Counted from the stretch's first letter, positions 28,635 through 39,699 are shown. The stretch: DNA of 64,000 nucleotides from Alphaproteobacteria bacterium (GCA_965214705.1 CBDCCI010000001.1:192001-256000), one strand, 5' to 3'. Program-made: numbers and translations. The notes: a model not told the origin generated them from the letters alone.

Positions 28635-30257
28635 TCACATCCTCACCGCGCCGGTTTCCGTCGCTTTGAGGTCGAGGGCAGCGGCGAGCAGCGCCTGGGT
28701 GTATTCGGTCTCAGGCCTCTCGAAGATCGCCTCGGTGGGCCCAGTCTCCACCACGAGGCCGTCGCGTAGCACGATCACCTCGTGGCAGAGCGCGCGGACG
28801 ACCTTCAGGTCGTGGCTGATGAAGAGATAGGCCAGGCGATGCCGGGCCTGGAGCGCGCGCAGCAGGTCGATGATCTGGGCCTGGACCGACATGTCGAGCG
28901 CGGACGTGGGCTCGTCAAGCACCACCAGGCGGGGTTTCAGCACCAGCGCGCGGGCGATGGCGATACGTTGGCGCTGGCCGCCCGAGAACTCGTGGGGGTA
29001 GCGGTCCTGCATCGCTGGCTCGAGCCCCACCTCCTCCAGCACCGCGCTGACCGGATCGCCGGCACCGTCGCCATTGGCGAGCCGATGGAGCTTCAGCCCT
29101 TCCTCGATGATCTGGCGCACGGTCATGCGCGGGCTGAGCGAGCCGAAAGGGTCCTGGAAGACAATCTGCATTCGCCGGCGCAGCGGGCGCATGCGCTTGA
29201 AGGTAAGCCCCTGGATCGGGCGGTCCTCGAAAGTGATGGGACCGTCGCTCGATATCAGCCGCAGCAACGCCAGCGCGAGTGTGGTTTTGCCGGAACCGCT
29301 CTCGCCCACGATGCCGACGGTCTGGCCCTCGCGGATCGAGAGCGTGACGCCGTCCACCGCCTTCACGTGGCCCACCGTGTGACGGATGATGCCGGCCTTG
29401 ATCGGGAAGTGGATCTTGAGGTCGTCGCAGGTGACGACCTCCTCTGCCGTGCCATCCACCGCGAGCGGCTCGCCCTTGGGCTCGGCCGCGATCAGCGCCC
29501 GCGTGTAGTCGTGGGCGGGCGTATCGAAGACGCGTTCCGTCGGCCCCTCCTCCACGATCGCGCCGTCGCGCATCACGCAGACCCAGTCCGAGATGTGCCG
29601 CACGATGGAGAGGTCGTGGGTAATCAGCAGCATCGCCATGCCGAGGCGTTGCTGCAGCTCGCCGAGCAGCTTCAGGATCTGCGCCTGCACGGTGACATCG
29701 AGGGCGGTGGTGGGCTCGTCCGCGATCAGCAGGTCGGGCTCGCAGGCGAGCGCCATGGCGATCATCACGCGCTGGCGCTGCCCGCCAGAGAGCTCGTGAG
29801 GAAACGCCTTCAGCCGCTTCGCGGTCTCGCCCAGCGCGACCATCTCCAGCAGCTCCTGCGCGCGAATCAGTGCGCGGCGCTTGGGCAGGCCCCGATGGAG
29901 CGTCAGCACCTCGGCCACCTGGCGGCCGATGGTGTGCAGCGGATTGAGCGAGGTCATCGGCTCCTGGAAGATCATCGAGACCCGGTTGCCACGGATCTGG
30001 CGGAGCCGGCGCGGGGACGCGCCGACCACCTCGGTCCCGTCGACATCAATGGTGCCGCTCGGGTGCGAGGCCACCGGATAGGGCAAGAGCTGGAGGATCG
30101 AGAGCGCGGTCACCGACTTGCCCGAGCCGCTCTCGCCCACCAGCGCCATTGTCTCGCCCCGCTCGATGTCGAAGGAGACGCCGGAGACGGCGCGTACGGT
30201 CTCGCCGGCGCTGGTGAAATCGACCGAGAGGTCACGGATGCGGGCCAGCGTGCTCAT
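28635..30257 (-). CDS. yejF: Peptide ABC transporter double ATPase
   Basis: Two GESGSGK Walker A motifs, [11 protein letters not shown] and [11 protein letters not shown]; follows yejABE. Confidence 0.9.
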   Translation of the reverse strand: MSTLARIRDLSVDFTSAGETVRAVSGVSFDIERGETMALVGESGSGKSVTALSILQLLPYPVASHPSGTIDVDGTEVVGASPRRLRQIRGNRVSMIFQEPMTSLNPLHTIGRQVAEVLTLHRGLPKRRALIRAQELLEMVALGETAKRLKAFPHELSGGQRQRVMIAMALACEPDLLIADEPTTALDVTVQAQILKLLGELQQRLGMAMLLITHDLSIVRHISDWVCVMRDGAIVEEGPTERVFDTPAHDYTRALIAAEPKGEPLAVDGTAEEVVTCDDLKIHFPIKAGIIRHTVGHVKAVDGVTLSIREGQTVGIVGESGSGKTTLALALLRLISSDGPITFEDRPIQGLTFKRMRPLRRRMQIVFQDPFGSLSPRMTVRQIIEEGLKLHRLANGDGAGDPVSAVLEEVGLEPAMQDRYPHEFSGGQRQRIAIARALVLKPRLVVLDEPTSALDMSVQAQIIDLLRALQARHRLAYLFISHDLKVVRALCHEVIVLRDGLVVETGPTEAIFERPETEYTQALLAAALDLKATETGAVRM

Positions 30258-30294
30258 ACGCCCCTGCTCACCGGCCTCTTTTCGCCGCGGCCGC

Positions 30295-31323
30295 TCACCG
30301 GCCGACCAGCTTGCGCGGGTCGAAGGCATCACGCACCGCTTCCCCGATGAAGATGAGCAGGCTCAGCATGAGCGCCAGCACCACAAAGCTCACGATGCCG
30401 AGCCAGGGCGCCTGCAGGTTCGCCTTGCCCTGGCGCAGCAGCTCGCCCAGCGAAGGCTCTCCCGGCGGCAAGCCGAACCCCAAGAAGTCGAGGGAAGTGA
30501 GCGACGTGATCGAACCCACCAGGATGAAGGGCAGGAAGGTGACCGCCGAGACCATCGCGTTAGGCAGCCCGTGCCGGAAGATGATCGCGATGTTGCCGAC
30601 GCCGAGCGCGCGGGCCGCGCGGATGTAGTCGAAGTTGCGCACCCGCAGGAACTCGGCCCGCACCACGCCCACCAGCGCCATCCAGCTGAACAGCAGCAGA
30701 ATCACCAGCAGGACCCAGAAGTTGGGCTCGATGATGCTGGACAGGATGATCAGGATGAAGAGCTGCGGCAGCCCCGACCAGACCTCGATAAAGCGCTGGA
30801 AGGTGAGGTCGATCCAGCCACCGAAGAAGCCCTGCACGGCGGCAGCTGCGATGCCGATGACCGAGGCCGCTGCGGTGAGAATCAGGCCGAACAGCACCGA
30901 CAATCGGAAGCCGTAGATCACGCGGGCGAGTACGTCCCGCCCCTGGTCGTCGGTGCCGAGCCAATTGTCGGCGGATGGCGGGGCCGGCGCCGGCACCGGC
31001 AGGTCGTAGTTGATGGTCCGGTAGCTGTAGGGGATGAGCGGCCAGACCATCCACCCCTTCTCTTCGATCAACTCGGCGACGAAGGGATCGCGATAGTCGG
31101 CCTCGGTCTCGAAGTCGCCGCCGAACTCGGTCTCCGCGTATTCGAAGAAAATCGGGAAGTGGAGATCGCCGTCGTAGCTCAAGACGATGGGCTTGTCGTT
31201 GGCGATGAACTCCGCAAACAGCGTGAACAGCAGCAGCGCGAGGAAGATCCAGAACGAAATGTAGCCGCGCCGGTTGGCGCGGAAGTTATAGAACCTGCGC
31301 CGCGTGATGGGGGAGAGTGCCAC
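30295..31323 (-). CDS. yejE: Peptide ABC transporter permease
   Basis: ANRRGYISFW, EFIANDKP, LGTDDQGRDVLAR, RAEFLR, LDFLGFGLP. Confidence 0.93.
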   Translation of the reverse strand: MALSPITRRRFYNFRANRRGYISFWIFLALLLFTLFAEFIANDKPIVLSYDGDLHFPIFFEYAETEFGGDFETEADYRDPFVAELIEEKGWMVWPLIPYSYRTINYDLPVPAPAPPSADNWLGTDDQGRDVLARVIYGFRLSVLFGLILTAAASVIGIAAAAVQGFFGGWIDLTFQRFIEVWSGLPQLFILIILSSIIEPNFWVLLVILLLFSWMALVGVVRAEFLRVRNFDYIRAARALGVGNIAIIFRHGLPNAMVSAVTFLPFILVGSITSLTSLDFLGFGLPPGEPSLGELLRQGKANLQAPWLGIVSFVVLALMLSLLIFIGEAVRDAFDPRKLVGR

Positions 31324-31326
31324 CGC

Positions 31327-32436
31327 TCACACCTCCCGCGTCTCGAAGTCGATGCGGGGGTCGATGATGACGTACATGAGATCGCCGATCAGGTTCACGA
31401 CGAGGCCGAGCAGCGTGAAGAAAAAGAGCGTGCCGAAGATGATCGGGTAGTCCCGCTTGAGCAGGGATTCGAAGCCCAAGAGCCCGAGCCCGTCGAGCGA
31501 GAAGATGACCTCGATCAGGAGCACGCCGGTGAACAGGATGCCGATAAAGGCGCCCGGCAGGCCGGCGATGATGATCAGCATCGCGTTGCGGAAGACGTGA
31601 CCGTAGAGCACGCGGCGCTCGGTCAAGCCCTTGGCGCGCGCGGTGATGACGTAGTGCTGGCTGATCTGATCCAGGAAGGAGTTCTTGGTCAGCATCGTGG
31701 TGGTGGCGAAGCCGCTCACCGCCATCGCCAGGATCGGCAGCGCGAGGTGCCAGAAATAGTCCTCGATCTTGCCGAGCAGCGAGAGCTCCCCAAAATCGTT
31801 GGAGACAAGTCCACGCAGCGGGAACCAATCCACGTAGCTGCCGCCGGCGAAGAGCACGATCAGCAGGATCGCGAAGATGAAGTTCGGGATTGCGTAGCCG
31901 ACGATGATGACGCCGCTGGTCCAGACGTCGAAGCGCTGGCCGTCGCGCACCGCCTTGGCGATGCCGAGCGGGATCGAGATCAAGTAAGCGAGCAGCGTGG
32001 TCCAGAGCCCGAGGGAGATCGAGACCGGCAGCTTGTCGAGGACCAGATCGACCACGCGGTCGTCGCGGAAGAAGCTCGACCCGAAGTCGAAGCGCACATA
32101 CTGGCCCATCATGTGGAGGAAGCGCTCGAGCGGCGGCTTGTCGAAGCCGTACTCCTTCTCCAGCCGCTCGATCAGTTCGGGGTCGAGGCCGCGGGCGCCG
32201 CGGTACTTGCTGGTGTCGGCGCGTTGCGAGATGTCGAACTGGCTCTCCGTCCCCACCTCGCCGGGACCTGCGCCGGAGATGCGCGCCGTCGCGCCCACCG
32301 CGCTGCCGGTGAGCTCCGCGATCGCCTGCTCCACCGGCCCGCCCGGCGCGATCTGGATGATCGCAAAATTGATCACCATGATCGCGAACAGCGTCGGGAT
32401 GATCAGCAGCAGTCGGCGGACGATGTAGGCGAACAT
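31327..32436 (-). CDS. yejB: Peptide ABC transporter permease
   Basis: [50 protein letters not shown]. Confidence 0.95.
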   Translation of the reverse strand: MFAYIVRRLLLIIPTLFAIMVINFAIIQIAPGGPVEQAIAELTGSAVGATARISGAGPGEVGTESQFDISQRADTSKYRGARGLDPELIERLEKEYGFDKPPLERFLHMMGQYVRFDFGSSFFRDDRVVDLVLDKLPVSISLGLWTTLLAYLISIPLGIAKAVRDGQRFDVWTSGVIIVGYAIPNFIFAILLIVLFAGGSYVDWFPLRGLVSNDFGELSLLGKIEDYFWHLALPILAMAVSGFATTTMLTKNSFLDQISQHYVITARAKGLTERRVLYGHVFRNAMLIIIAGLPGAFIGILFTGVLLIEVIFSLDGLGLLGFESLLKRDYPIIFGTLFFFTLLGLVVNLIGDLMYVIIDPRIDFETREV

Positions 32437-32573
32437 GGCTGTCGCGGTGCGGGCGGTGCTAAGCGGCGTGCTCTTGCTTCTTCAGCACCCGCCCTCTCTC
32501 GGCATCGGCCGACCGGGTGGCACGACGGCCGGTCTGCAGGACCGGTGTCGTCGCCGGTGGCCCTCTTCGATCC

Positions 32574-34433
32574 TCACGCCGTGCCTTCGCGGTAGGCTTT
32601 CAAAGCGTCGTCCTTCTCCCGATCGACCCACCAAGTGTCGATGATGCCCCGCGCGTAGCGGGGCTTGAGCGCGGGCCGGTCGAACTTGTTCCAGTATACA
32701 AGATGATGTGCCCCCTTGTACCACTGCGGGATCATATAGTGGCCCCAGAGCAGAACGCGGTCGAGCGCGCGGGCCGCGGCGATCAAGCTTGGCCGGTCGG
32801 TCGCAGCGGCGACCTCGGCGATCAGCGCATCGACCACCGAGTCATCGATGCCGGCGATGTTGAACGAGCCGACCTGATCCACGGTGCTGGACGCAAAGTA
32901 GGAGTTGAGCTCGGCGCCGGGCGAGAGGCTGAACACGAAGCGGATCGTCGTGATCTCGAAATCGTGGGTCTTGAGCCGCTCCTCGTATTGCGCGCCGTCG
33001 ACGAGGCGGAGCGTGACGCCCACGCCGAGGCGCTCCAGGCTGCGGGCGAAGGCTGCGTAGATGCGCTCGAAGGTAGGCTCGAAGTAGAGGAACTCGACCG
33101 TCATCGGCTCGCCGGTCTCGGCGTTGACAAGTTTTCTTTCCTCCGTGACCCAGCCGGCCTCCTTGAGCAGGGCGCGTGCGGCGCGCAGGTTGCCCCGGTT
33201 GTTGCCTGAGCCGTCGGTCGCAGGCGGCACGAAGGCCTTGGTGAAGACCTCCTCCGGTACGGCGCCCCGGTGGGGATCGAGCAAGGCGACTTCGGCCGCG
33301 GACGGCAGGCCGCGCGCCGCAAGCTCCGAGTTCTCGAAGTAGCTCGCCATGCGGTCGTAGAGGCCATAGAACTGGTTCTTGTTGAGCCACTCGAAGTCGA
33401 AGGCGTAGGCGAACGCCTCGCGCACGCGGCGGTCCTGGAACTTGGGCAGGCGTGTGTTGAAGAAGAAGGCCTGCACGCCCGATGGCGTGTTGTCCTTGAG
33501 CACGTCCTTGACGAGCCATCCCTCCTCGACTGCCGCGATGTCGTATTGCGTCGCCCAGACCTTGGACGTGAACTCCTCGTGAACGTCGAACTCGCCTGCC
33601 TTGAGTGCCTCCACCAGTACCGTGCGATCACGATAGTAGTCGTAGACGATGGTCTCGAAATTGTAGCGGCCGACATTGAGCGGGAGCCCGGCGCCCCAGT
33701 AGTCCGGGACACGCTCGTAGGTGACGGAGCGGCCTGGATCGACCTTGGAGATGCGATAGGCGCCGCTGCCGAGCGGCGGCTCCATCGTCGTCTCGCCGAA
33801 CGCGCGGTCCCGGTAATAGGCGTCGGAGACGATGGAGAGTCCGCCCACGATCAGCGGCAGCTTGCGGTTATCAGGATCGGCGAGGTGGAACGTGACTTCG
33901 TAATCGCCGGCGGTCTCGACCCGGTCGACGCCGGCAAGCTGGTTGGCGTAGGCGGGATGGCCCTCGGTGGTGAGTATCTCGAAGGAGAACGCGACGTCGC
34001 GGGCCGTGATCGGGGTGCCGTCGTGCCAGCGCGCTTCGGGCCGCAGGAGAAAGCGAACGCTGCGCCGGTCGGGCGCGAGCGCAATGCTCTCGGCGACCAG
34101 CCCGTAGGCCGCGTCCGCTTCGTCCGCCGAGCCTTCGAGCAGGCTCTCGAAGGGCAGGCCCGCGCCGGCCGCGCTCGTGCCCTTCAGCGTGAAGGGATTG
34201 AGCGTGCTGTAGGTATCGACCGTGGCGAGGTGCAGCAGACCGCCCTTGGGCGCGTCGGGAGCCACGTACTCGAAGTGCGCGAAATCGGGGCCATATTTCA
34301 GGTCGCCGAAGAGCGAGAGCCCGTGTGCGGGCTCACCTGCTGTCGCGGTCCCGATAAGGTGCGATACGGGCGCCATCGATGACGCGACGGCGATGGCGGA
34401 GGCCTGAACGAAGCGTCTTCTGCTGAGTCTCAC
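32574..34433 (-). CDS. yejA: Peptide ABC transporter substrate-binding protein with Tat signal
   Basis: GTG start after AGGAGGAG; SRRRFV twin-arginine; HGLSLFGDLKY, APKGG, FDFEWLN, ALDRVLLWGHYMIP. Confidence 0.92.
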   Translation of the reverse strand: MRLSRRRFVQASAIAVASSMAPVSHLIGTATAGEPAHGLSLFGDLKYGPDFAHFEYVAPDAPKGGLLHLATVDTYSTLNPFTLKGTSAAGAGLPFESLLEGSADEADAAYGLVAESIALAPDRRSVRFLLRPEARWHDGTPITARDVAFSFEILTTEGHPAYANQLAGVDRVETAGDYEVTFHLADPDNRKLPLIVGGLSIVSDAYYRDRAFGETTMEPPLGSGAYRISKVDPGRSVTYERVPDYWGAGLPLNVGRYNFETIVYDYYRDRTVLVEALKAGEFDVHEEFTSKVWATQYDIAAVEEGWLVKDVLKDNTPSGVQAFFFNTRLPKFQDRRVREAFAYAFDFEWLNKNQFYGLYDRMASYFENSELAARGLPSAAEVALLDPHRGAVPEEVFTKAFVPPATDGSGNNRGNLRAARALLKEAGWVTEERKLVNAETGEPMTVEFLYFEPTFERIYAAFARSLERLGVGVTLRLVDGAQYEERLKTHDFEITTIRFVFSLSPGAELNSYFASSTVDQVGSFNIAGIDDSVVDALIAEVAAATDRPSLIAAARALDRVLLWGHYMIPQWYKGAHHLVYWNKFDRPALKPRYARGIIDTWWVDREKDDALKAYREGTA

Positions 34434-34656
34434 CGGTCCATCTCCTCCTGACGCTGGCGCAGGGTCCTTGTGCCTCGCGCGTGCCGCCGCCCGGCATTGT
34501 TGTGCCAAACCAGTAGGGCATAACATGAGTCGCGCCATTCGGTATCACCAATCACGACCTCGTGTCGTTGGGCGGGCAGTCGGACAAGGCTTTCGCTCGC
34601 CGATTGGCGACCGGATGGCTGGACTCGCAGCGAGCGGGCGCCTCATACTCAGGCTC

Positions 34657-35223
34657 ATGGGGCGCTATCCGAACAGCGGCGGCCCGATCGTGCGCAGGGT
34701 GCCCGAGGGCGACGACCGGCCGCGCTTGGTCTGCGATGCCTGCGGCTTCATCCGCTACGAGAACCCGAAGATCGTCGCCGGCTCGGTCGCGACCTGGGAG
34801 GGGCGCATTCTCCTTTGCCGCCGGTCCATCGAGCCGCAGGCCGGCTTCTGGACCCTGCCGGCGGGCTTCCTGGAACTGCACGAGGAGCCCGCAGAGGGAG
34901 CCCGGCGTGAAGCCGAGGAGGAAGCCTGTGCCGAGATCGCGATCAACGCGCTGCTCGCGGTCTACACCATCCCCCGTATCTCTCTGGTGCAGCTCTTCTA
35001 CCGGGCGCACCTCGTGCGGCCCGAGATCGCGCCGGGGTTCGAAAGCCTGGAGGTCGGGCTCTTCGAGCCGAGCGAGATTCCGTGGGATTCCCTCGCCTTC
35101 CCGTCGGTGACGTGGGCGCTCCGCCACCATGCCGAGGCGCCCGAGAACGGCGAATTCGCACCGTTCACCAATCCCGTGGGCGACTTCGGCGACTACCGGC
35201 CTGGCATCCCCGCCCGCCGCTAG
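34657..35223 (+). CDS. NUDIX hydrolase with N-terminal Nudix_N-type region
   Basis: VPEGDDRPRLVCDACGFIRYENPK, LCRRSIEP, WTLPAGFLE, GARREAEEE, LAFPSV; start approximate. Confidence 0.9.
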   Translation: MGRYPNSGGPIVRRVPEGDDRPRLVCDACGFIRYENPKIVAGSVATWEGRILLCRRSIEPQAGFWTLPAGFLELHEEPAEGARREAEEEACAEIAINALLAVYTIPRISLVQLFYRAHLVRPEIAPGFESLEVGLFEPSEIPWDSLAFPSVTWALRHHAEAPENGEFAPFTNPVGDFGDYRPGIPARR

Positions 35224-35225
35224 AG

Positions 35226-36167
35226 CTATTCGTCCAACCCCATAAGAGCCGAGGCGAAGGCACGAGCCTCGAAGGGGCGCAGGTCATCGATCCCTTCGCC
35301 GATGCCGATTGCAACCACAGGCACGCCGAAGCGCCGCGCCAGCGCCACCAGCACACCGCCCTTCGCCGTGCCGTCGAGCTTGGTCATGACCAGGCCGTCG
35401 ACGGCGATGGCCTCGCGAAAGACGTCGACCTGATTGAGCGCGTTCTGGCCGGTGGTGGCATCGAGCACCAGAAGGCGGCTGTGCGGCGCGCGCGGATCGA
35501 GCTTCGCGAGCACGCGGTCGATCTTCTGAAGCTCGGCCATCAGGTGCGCCTTGTTCTGCAACCGGCCGGCGGTGTCGATCAGGAGCACGTCGATGCCTTC
35601 CGCCCGCGCGCGCTCGAGCGCATCGAAGGCGAGCCCGGCGGGATCGCCGCCATCCGGGCGCGCGACCACCGGCGCCCCGGCGCGCTCGGCCCAGATCGTG
35701 AGCTGCTCCACGGCGGCAGCGCGGAAGGTATCGCCCGCGACCAGCATGACGCGCTTGCCGTCACCGCTGAGTCGCCGGGCGAGCTTGCCGATGGTGGTGG
35801 TCTTGCCTGTGCCGTTGACACCGGCCACCAGGATCACGTGGGGCTTGGCGTTGTCCTCAATCGCCAGCGTCCCCTCGACCGGCGCGAGCAGGTCGGCGAT
35901 CTGGTCGGCGAGCGCCTGGCGCACCTCGGCGGCGGTCACTTCCTTGCCGAAGCGCTGCTGGGCGAGTTCCGCCGTGAGCTCGGCCGCAGTCGCCGCGCCG
36001 AGATCGCCGGCGATGAGCAGCTCTTCGAGCTCTTCGAGCGCTTCGTCGTCGAGCCTGCGGCCGGTGAAGATGGCCCCGATGCCGCCGGTGAGACTGTTGG
36101 AGGTGCGTCTGAGTCCTGCCTTGAGGCGCGCGAACAGGCCGCGCCCGCCGCCGTCCTCCCGCGCCAT
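35226..36167 (-). CDS. ftsY: Signal recognition particle receptor
   Basis: GVNGTGKTTTIGK, GDTFRAAA, DTAGRLQ, TKLDGTAKGG, GEGIDDL. Confidence 0.97.
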   Translation of the reverse strand: MAREDGGGRGLFARLKAGLRRTSNSLTGGIGAIFTGRRLDDEALEELEELLIAGDLGAATAAELTAELAQQRFGKEVTAAEVRQALADQIADLLAPVEGTLAIEDNAKPHVILVAGVNGTGKTTTIGKLARRLSGDGKRVMLVAGDTFRAAAVEQLTIWAERAGAPVVARPDGGDPAGLAFDALERARAEGIDVLLIDTAGRLQNKAHLMAELQKIDRVLAKLDPRAPHSRLLVLDATTGQNALNQVDVFREAIAVDGLVMTKLDGTAKGGVLVALARRFGVPVVAIGIGEGIDDLRPFEARAFASALMGLDE

Positions 36168-37414
36168 CAGGCCGCGGTCCCGATCAGGCGATCGCCTGCC
36201 ACGCCGATGATGCGGGCCTGCACCAGAGTGCCGGGCTCGCCTGCCGGCCGGTCGAACGCGACCTCGGCGAAGCACTCGTCACGCCCGCTCTCAGGTGTCT
36301 CCAGCAGCACCCGGCTCTCGTGGCCGATGCGTCCCTCCAAAAACTGCCGGCGCGGGCCTTCTGCGGCCCGGCGCAGCGCAGCGGCGCGGGCGCGGCGCTC
36401 GGGCCCCGGCACCTGGGGCATGCGCGCCGCCGGTGTGCCAGGGCGAGGCGAATAGGGAAAGACGTGGAGCCAGACCAGCCCGGCGTCTTCGATCAGGCGC
36501 CGCGTGTTCTCGAACATCTTCGGGGTCTCGGTGGGGAAGCCCGCGATCAGGTCGCCACCGAAGGCGACCCCCGGCCGGAGTACGCGCAGCCGCTCGCAGA
36601 GCGCCAGCACGTCGGCCCGGCTGTGGCGCCGCTTCATGCGCTTGAGCACCATGTCGTCACCCGCCTGGACGCTGAGGTGCAGGTGCGGCATCAGGCGCGG
36701 CTCGTCTGCGAAGAGCCGCTCCAGTCCCGGGTCGACCTCAACCGGATCGATGGAGGAAAGGCGGAGGCGCGGCAGCTCCGGCACCGCCTGGAGCAGGCGG
36801 CGCACTGCCTCGCCAAGGCTTGGCCGGCCCGGCAGGTCGGCCCCGTAGTGACCAAGATCGACACCGCTCAGCACGACCTCGCGATGGCCGGCCGCCACCA
36901 GCGCCCGCACCTCGGCCGCAATAGCGCCGAGCGGCACGCTCCGGCTCGGGCCCCGCGCGAAGGGAATGATGCAGAAGGTGCAGCGATGGTCGCAGCCGTT
37001 CTGCACCTGAACGAAGGCCCGCGAGCGCGCCTCGTAACCCGCGATCAGGTGGCCGGCTGTCTCGCGCACCGCCATGATATCGCCGACCGACACGCGCTCT
37101 TCCGCATCGGGCGCCAGCCCTTCCAGCGTGAGCTTCTCGCGGTTGCCGACGACCCGGTCGACCTCGGGCATCGCGGCGTAGCCTGCGGGGTCGAGCTGGG
37201 CGGCGCAGCCGGTGGCGATGATGGTCGCGTCGGGGTTCTGCCGCTTGGCGCGGCGGATCGCCTGACGTGCCTGGCGCTCGGCCTCGCCCGTGACCGCGCA
37301 GGTGTTGACGATGATACCCTCGGTGAGCCCCGCAGCACGCGCACGGCTGCGCATGACCTCCGACTCGTAGGCATTGAGCCGGCAACCCATGGTGATGACC
37401 TCGAGCCCGCTCAT
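36167..37414 (-). CDS. mtaB: tRNA t6A37 methylthiotransferase
   Basis: GCRLNAYES, NTCAVT, TGCAAQ, CDHRCTFC radical SAM motif; between dapF and ftsY. Confidence 0.93.
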   Translation of the reverse strand: MSGLEVITMGCRLNAYESEVMRSRARAAGLTEGIIVNTCAVTGEAERQARQAIRRAKRQNPDATIIATGCAAQLDPAGYAAMPEVDRVVGNREKLTLEGLAPDAEERVSVGDIMAVRETAGHLIAGYEARSRAFVQVQNGCDHRCTFCIIPFARGPSRSVPLGAIAAEVRALVAAGHREVVLSGVDLGHYGADLPGRPSLGEAVRRLLQAVPELPRLRLSSIDPVEVDPGLERLFADEPRLMPHLHLSVQAGDDMVLKRMKRRHSRADVLALCERLRVLRPGVAFGGDLIAGFPTETPKMFENTRRLIEDAGLVWLHVFPYSPRPGTPAARMPQVPGPERRARAAALRRAAEGPRRQFLEGRIGHESRVLLETPESGRDECFAEVAFDRPAGEPGTLVQARIIGVAGDRLIGTAA

Positions 37415-38232
37415 GCCGGCAGCACGCCCGTGAAGCTAGCCGCAGTCGGGCCGGTCATCTCGACATGGCCGTCCTCGCGCCAGACGATCCTCAACTCGCC
37501 GCCGTCGAGGACGACGGTGACATCGCGCCCGGTGACCCCCCGCCGCGCGCCAGCGACCGCCGCGGCGCAGGCGCCAGTGCCGCAGGCCTGGGTGAGGCCG
37601 GCGCCGCGTTCCCACACGCGGAGCCGCAGGCGGTCATCGGCGAGGCGCTGGGCCACCCCGATATTCGCGCGCTCCGGGAAGAGCGGATCGGTCTCCAATC
37701 GCGGGCCGATCTCGGCCAGTGGCACGGCCTCGGCGTCGTCCACGAAGAACACCGCGTGCGGGTTGCCCATGTTGACCGCTACGGCGTCCGAAAGCGGCCC
37801 GGCGCCGACCGTGACGTGGAGCGTGCCCATTGCGCGGGCCAGGGGAATCTCGTGCCAGTCGAGCCGCGCCGGTCCCATATCGACGCGCACCTGGCCTGCA
37901 CCGGCCTCGTGCGCCGCGAGCGGGCCGGCATCGGTCTCCAGAACCACGCGGTCCGCGCCGGTCTCGTCCAGCAGCAGCCGGGCCGCGCAGCGGGTGCCGT
38001 TGCCGCAGGCCGCGACCTCGCCGCCGTCCTGGTTCCAGAAGCGCAGGTAGGTGTCGGTGCCGCCGTTGCGCGGGGCCCCCACGACGACCAGTTGATCGCA
38101 GCCGACACCAGTGCGCCGATCAGCGATGGCGCGCACGCGCGCGCCGTCCAGCGCGAGCGGCGCGCGGCGGAAGTCGAGCACGACGAAATCGTTGCCGAGC
38201 CCGTGCATCTTGGTGAAAGGAAGCCCCGTCAT
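37411..38232 (-). CDS. dapF: Diaminopimelate epimerase
   Basis: KMHGLGNDF, GCDQ, CGNGTRC, GNPH, ERGAGLTQACGTGACA. Confidence 0.97.
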   Translation of the reverse strand: MTGLPFTKMHGLGNDFVVLDFRRAPLALDGARVRAIADRRTGVGCDQLVVVGAPRNGGTDTYLRFWNQDGGEVAACGNGTRCAARLLLDETGADRVVLETDAGPLAAHEAGAGQVRVDMGPARLDWHEIPLARAMGTLHVTVGAGPLSDAVAVNMGNPHAVFFVDDAEAVPLAEIGPRLETDPLFPERANIGVAQRLADDRLRLRVWERGAGLTQACGTGACAAAVAGARRGVTGRDVTVVLDGGELRIVWREDGHVEMTGPTAASFTGVLPA

Positions 38233-38297
38233 GGCGGGGTTATAGGGGCCGACGGCGACCGGCGCCACCGATTCCGACAGAAGCCGGCGGTACCGGG

Positions 38298-39218
38298 CTA
38301 CCCCTTGCCCCGGTAGACGCCGATGACGGTATCCAGCATTGCGAGCGCGTCGGCGCGCGGGCGCTGGAAGCTGTTGCGGCCGATGATCGAGCCGCTGCCG
38401 CCACCCGCATGGATCGCGCGCACCTCGCCGAAGAGGCCCTCCAGCCCCTTCGCGGCACCGCCGGAGAAGACAACGAGCCGGCGGCCGGCGAAGGCCGACT
38501 GCATGATGTGAGCGATGCGCTTCTCCAGCGTATCGCCGTCGATGCCTGCGGCGGTGTAGGCCTTGGCGGCGGCCTCCTGCTCCAGATGGGCGGTCGGCGG
38601 CTTGACCTTGATGATGTGGGCACCGGCGAGCGCGGCCATGTGCGCTGCGTAGGCCACCACGTCGAGCGCGGTCTCACCGTCCTTGGAGAGCGCGCCGCCG
38701 CGCGGATAGGACCAGACCACCACCGCGAGCCCGTGCGCTTTCGCCTCCGCCGCGAGTTCCCGAATCTCCTCGATCATCTCGTACTGACGGTCGGAGGCCG
38801 GATAGATGGTGAAGCCGATGGCCGAGCAGCCCAACCGGAGCGCGTCGCGCACCGAGCCGGTCACTGCCTGATCCCTGGCCGAGCCCAGCGAGTTGGCGTT
38901 GTTGACCTTGAGGATGGTGGGGACCGCGCCGGCGAAGCTCTCGGCGCCCGCCTCGATCATGCCGAGGGGACTCGCAAACGCGTTCAGGCCGGCGTCAATG
39001 GCAAGCTGCCAGTGGTAGTGCGGGTCGTAGGCTGGCGGGTTGGTCGCGAAGCTGCGCGCCGGCCCGTGCTCGAAGCCCTGATCGACCGGCAGGATGACCA
39101 TGCGTCCGGTGCCGCCGAGGCGGCCGTGCATCAGGATCCGGGCGAGGTTGGACTTCGTGCCCGGATTGTCGCTCTCGTACCAGGAGAGAATTTCTCTGAC
39201 GCGCCGGGTGATTCGCAT
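38298..39218 (-). CDS. fbaB: Class I fructose-bisphosphate aldolase (DhnA/FbaB type)
   Basis: YESDNPGTK, LPVDQGFEHGP, WSYPRG, GAHIIKVK Schiff-base Lys, IIGRNSFQR. Confidence 0.93.
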   Translation of the reverse strand: MRITRRVREILSWYESDNPGTKSNLARILMHGRLGGTGRMVILPVDQGFEHGPARSFATNPPAYDPHYHWQLAIDAGLNAFASPLGMIEAGAESFAGAVPTILKVNNANSLGSARDQAVTGSVRDALRLGCSAIGFTIYPASDRQYEMIEEIRELAAEAKAHGLAVVVWSYPRGGALSKDGETALDVVAYAAHMAALAGAHIIKVKPPTAHLEQEAAAKAYTAAGIDGDTLEKRIAHIMQSAFAGRRLVVFSGGAAKGLEGLFGEVRAIHAGGGSGSIIGRNSFQRPRADALAMLDTVIGVYRGKG

Positions 39219-39257
39219 GGCCGCATCCTGACCGACGCGCGGCTCGTTTGCCAGAGG

Positions 39258-39692
39258 TTATGAACGTCTGGCATGCCCTTTTGCGAGATAGGCGGCGCTG
39301 TCGCGCTCCGGGTCTGCGGAGTAGGCGAGGTCGAGGGCCCCGCGGCCCGGCCCGGCGGTAATCAGTGGGATTCCCTGCTCGTCCGCGATGGCCTGGAGCG
39401 TCTTGCGCATGGCCCCCCGACCGGTGAATGCGACGTGCGCGAAGTCGCGGCTCAGCGCCTCGTGGGCGAGCACGGCGCTGCCCCTGCAGTCGACCACCGC
39501 GTCGTGATCGGCCTCCGGCACCGCTTCCCTAGCCCGCTCGAACACCGCACGCAGGAAGCCGAGCCCGGCGTAGGACACGGCACCCGGCGCGGACCAGAGC
39601 GTCACGGGCACCCCGGCCGCGGCCGCCGCCCGGAGCGCGCCGATGGCTTGGTCGAGATCGTGGACGACGATTGCGGGCCGCCGCGCGCTCAT
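39258..39692 (-). CDS. Hypothetical protein resembling the N-terminal half of class II aldolases
   Basis: 144 aa in operon between pgk and fbaB; AIVVHDLDQA..ALRAA...PVTLWSAPGAVSYAG..FL. Confidence 0.7.
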   Translation of the reverse strand: MSARRPAIVVHDLDQAIGALRAAAAAGVPVTLWSAPGAVSYAGLGFLRAVFERAREAVPEADHDAVVDCRGSAVLAHEALSRDFAHVAFTGRGAMRKTLQAIADEQGIPLITAGPGRGALDLAYSADPERDSAAYLAKGHARRS

Positions 39693-39699
39693 GGCCGGT

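Noticed and set aside
32451-32551. Two stem-loops between yejA and yejB
   Set aside because: Stem-loops after the binding-protein gene are ordinary in ABC operons; nothing supports an ncRNA.
30118-32595. 825-aa plus-strand ORF
   Set aside because: Antisense shadow of yejE and yejB.
35226-36167. FtsY lacking the acidic A domain
   Set aside because: Short NG-only FtsY is common in alphaproteobacteria.
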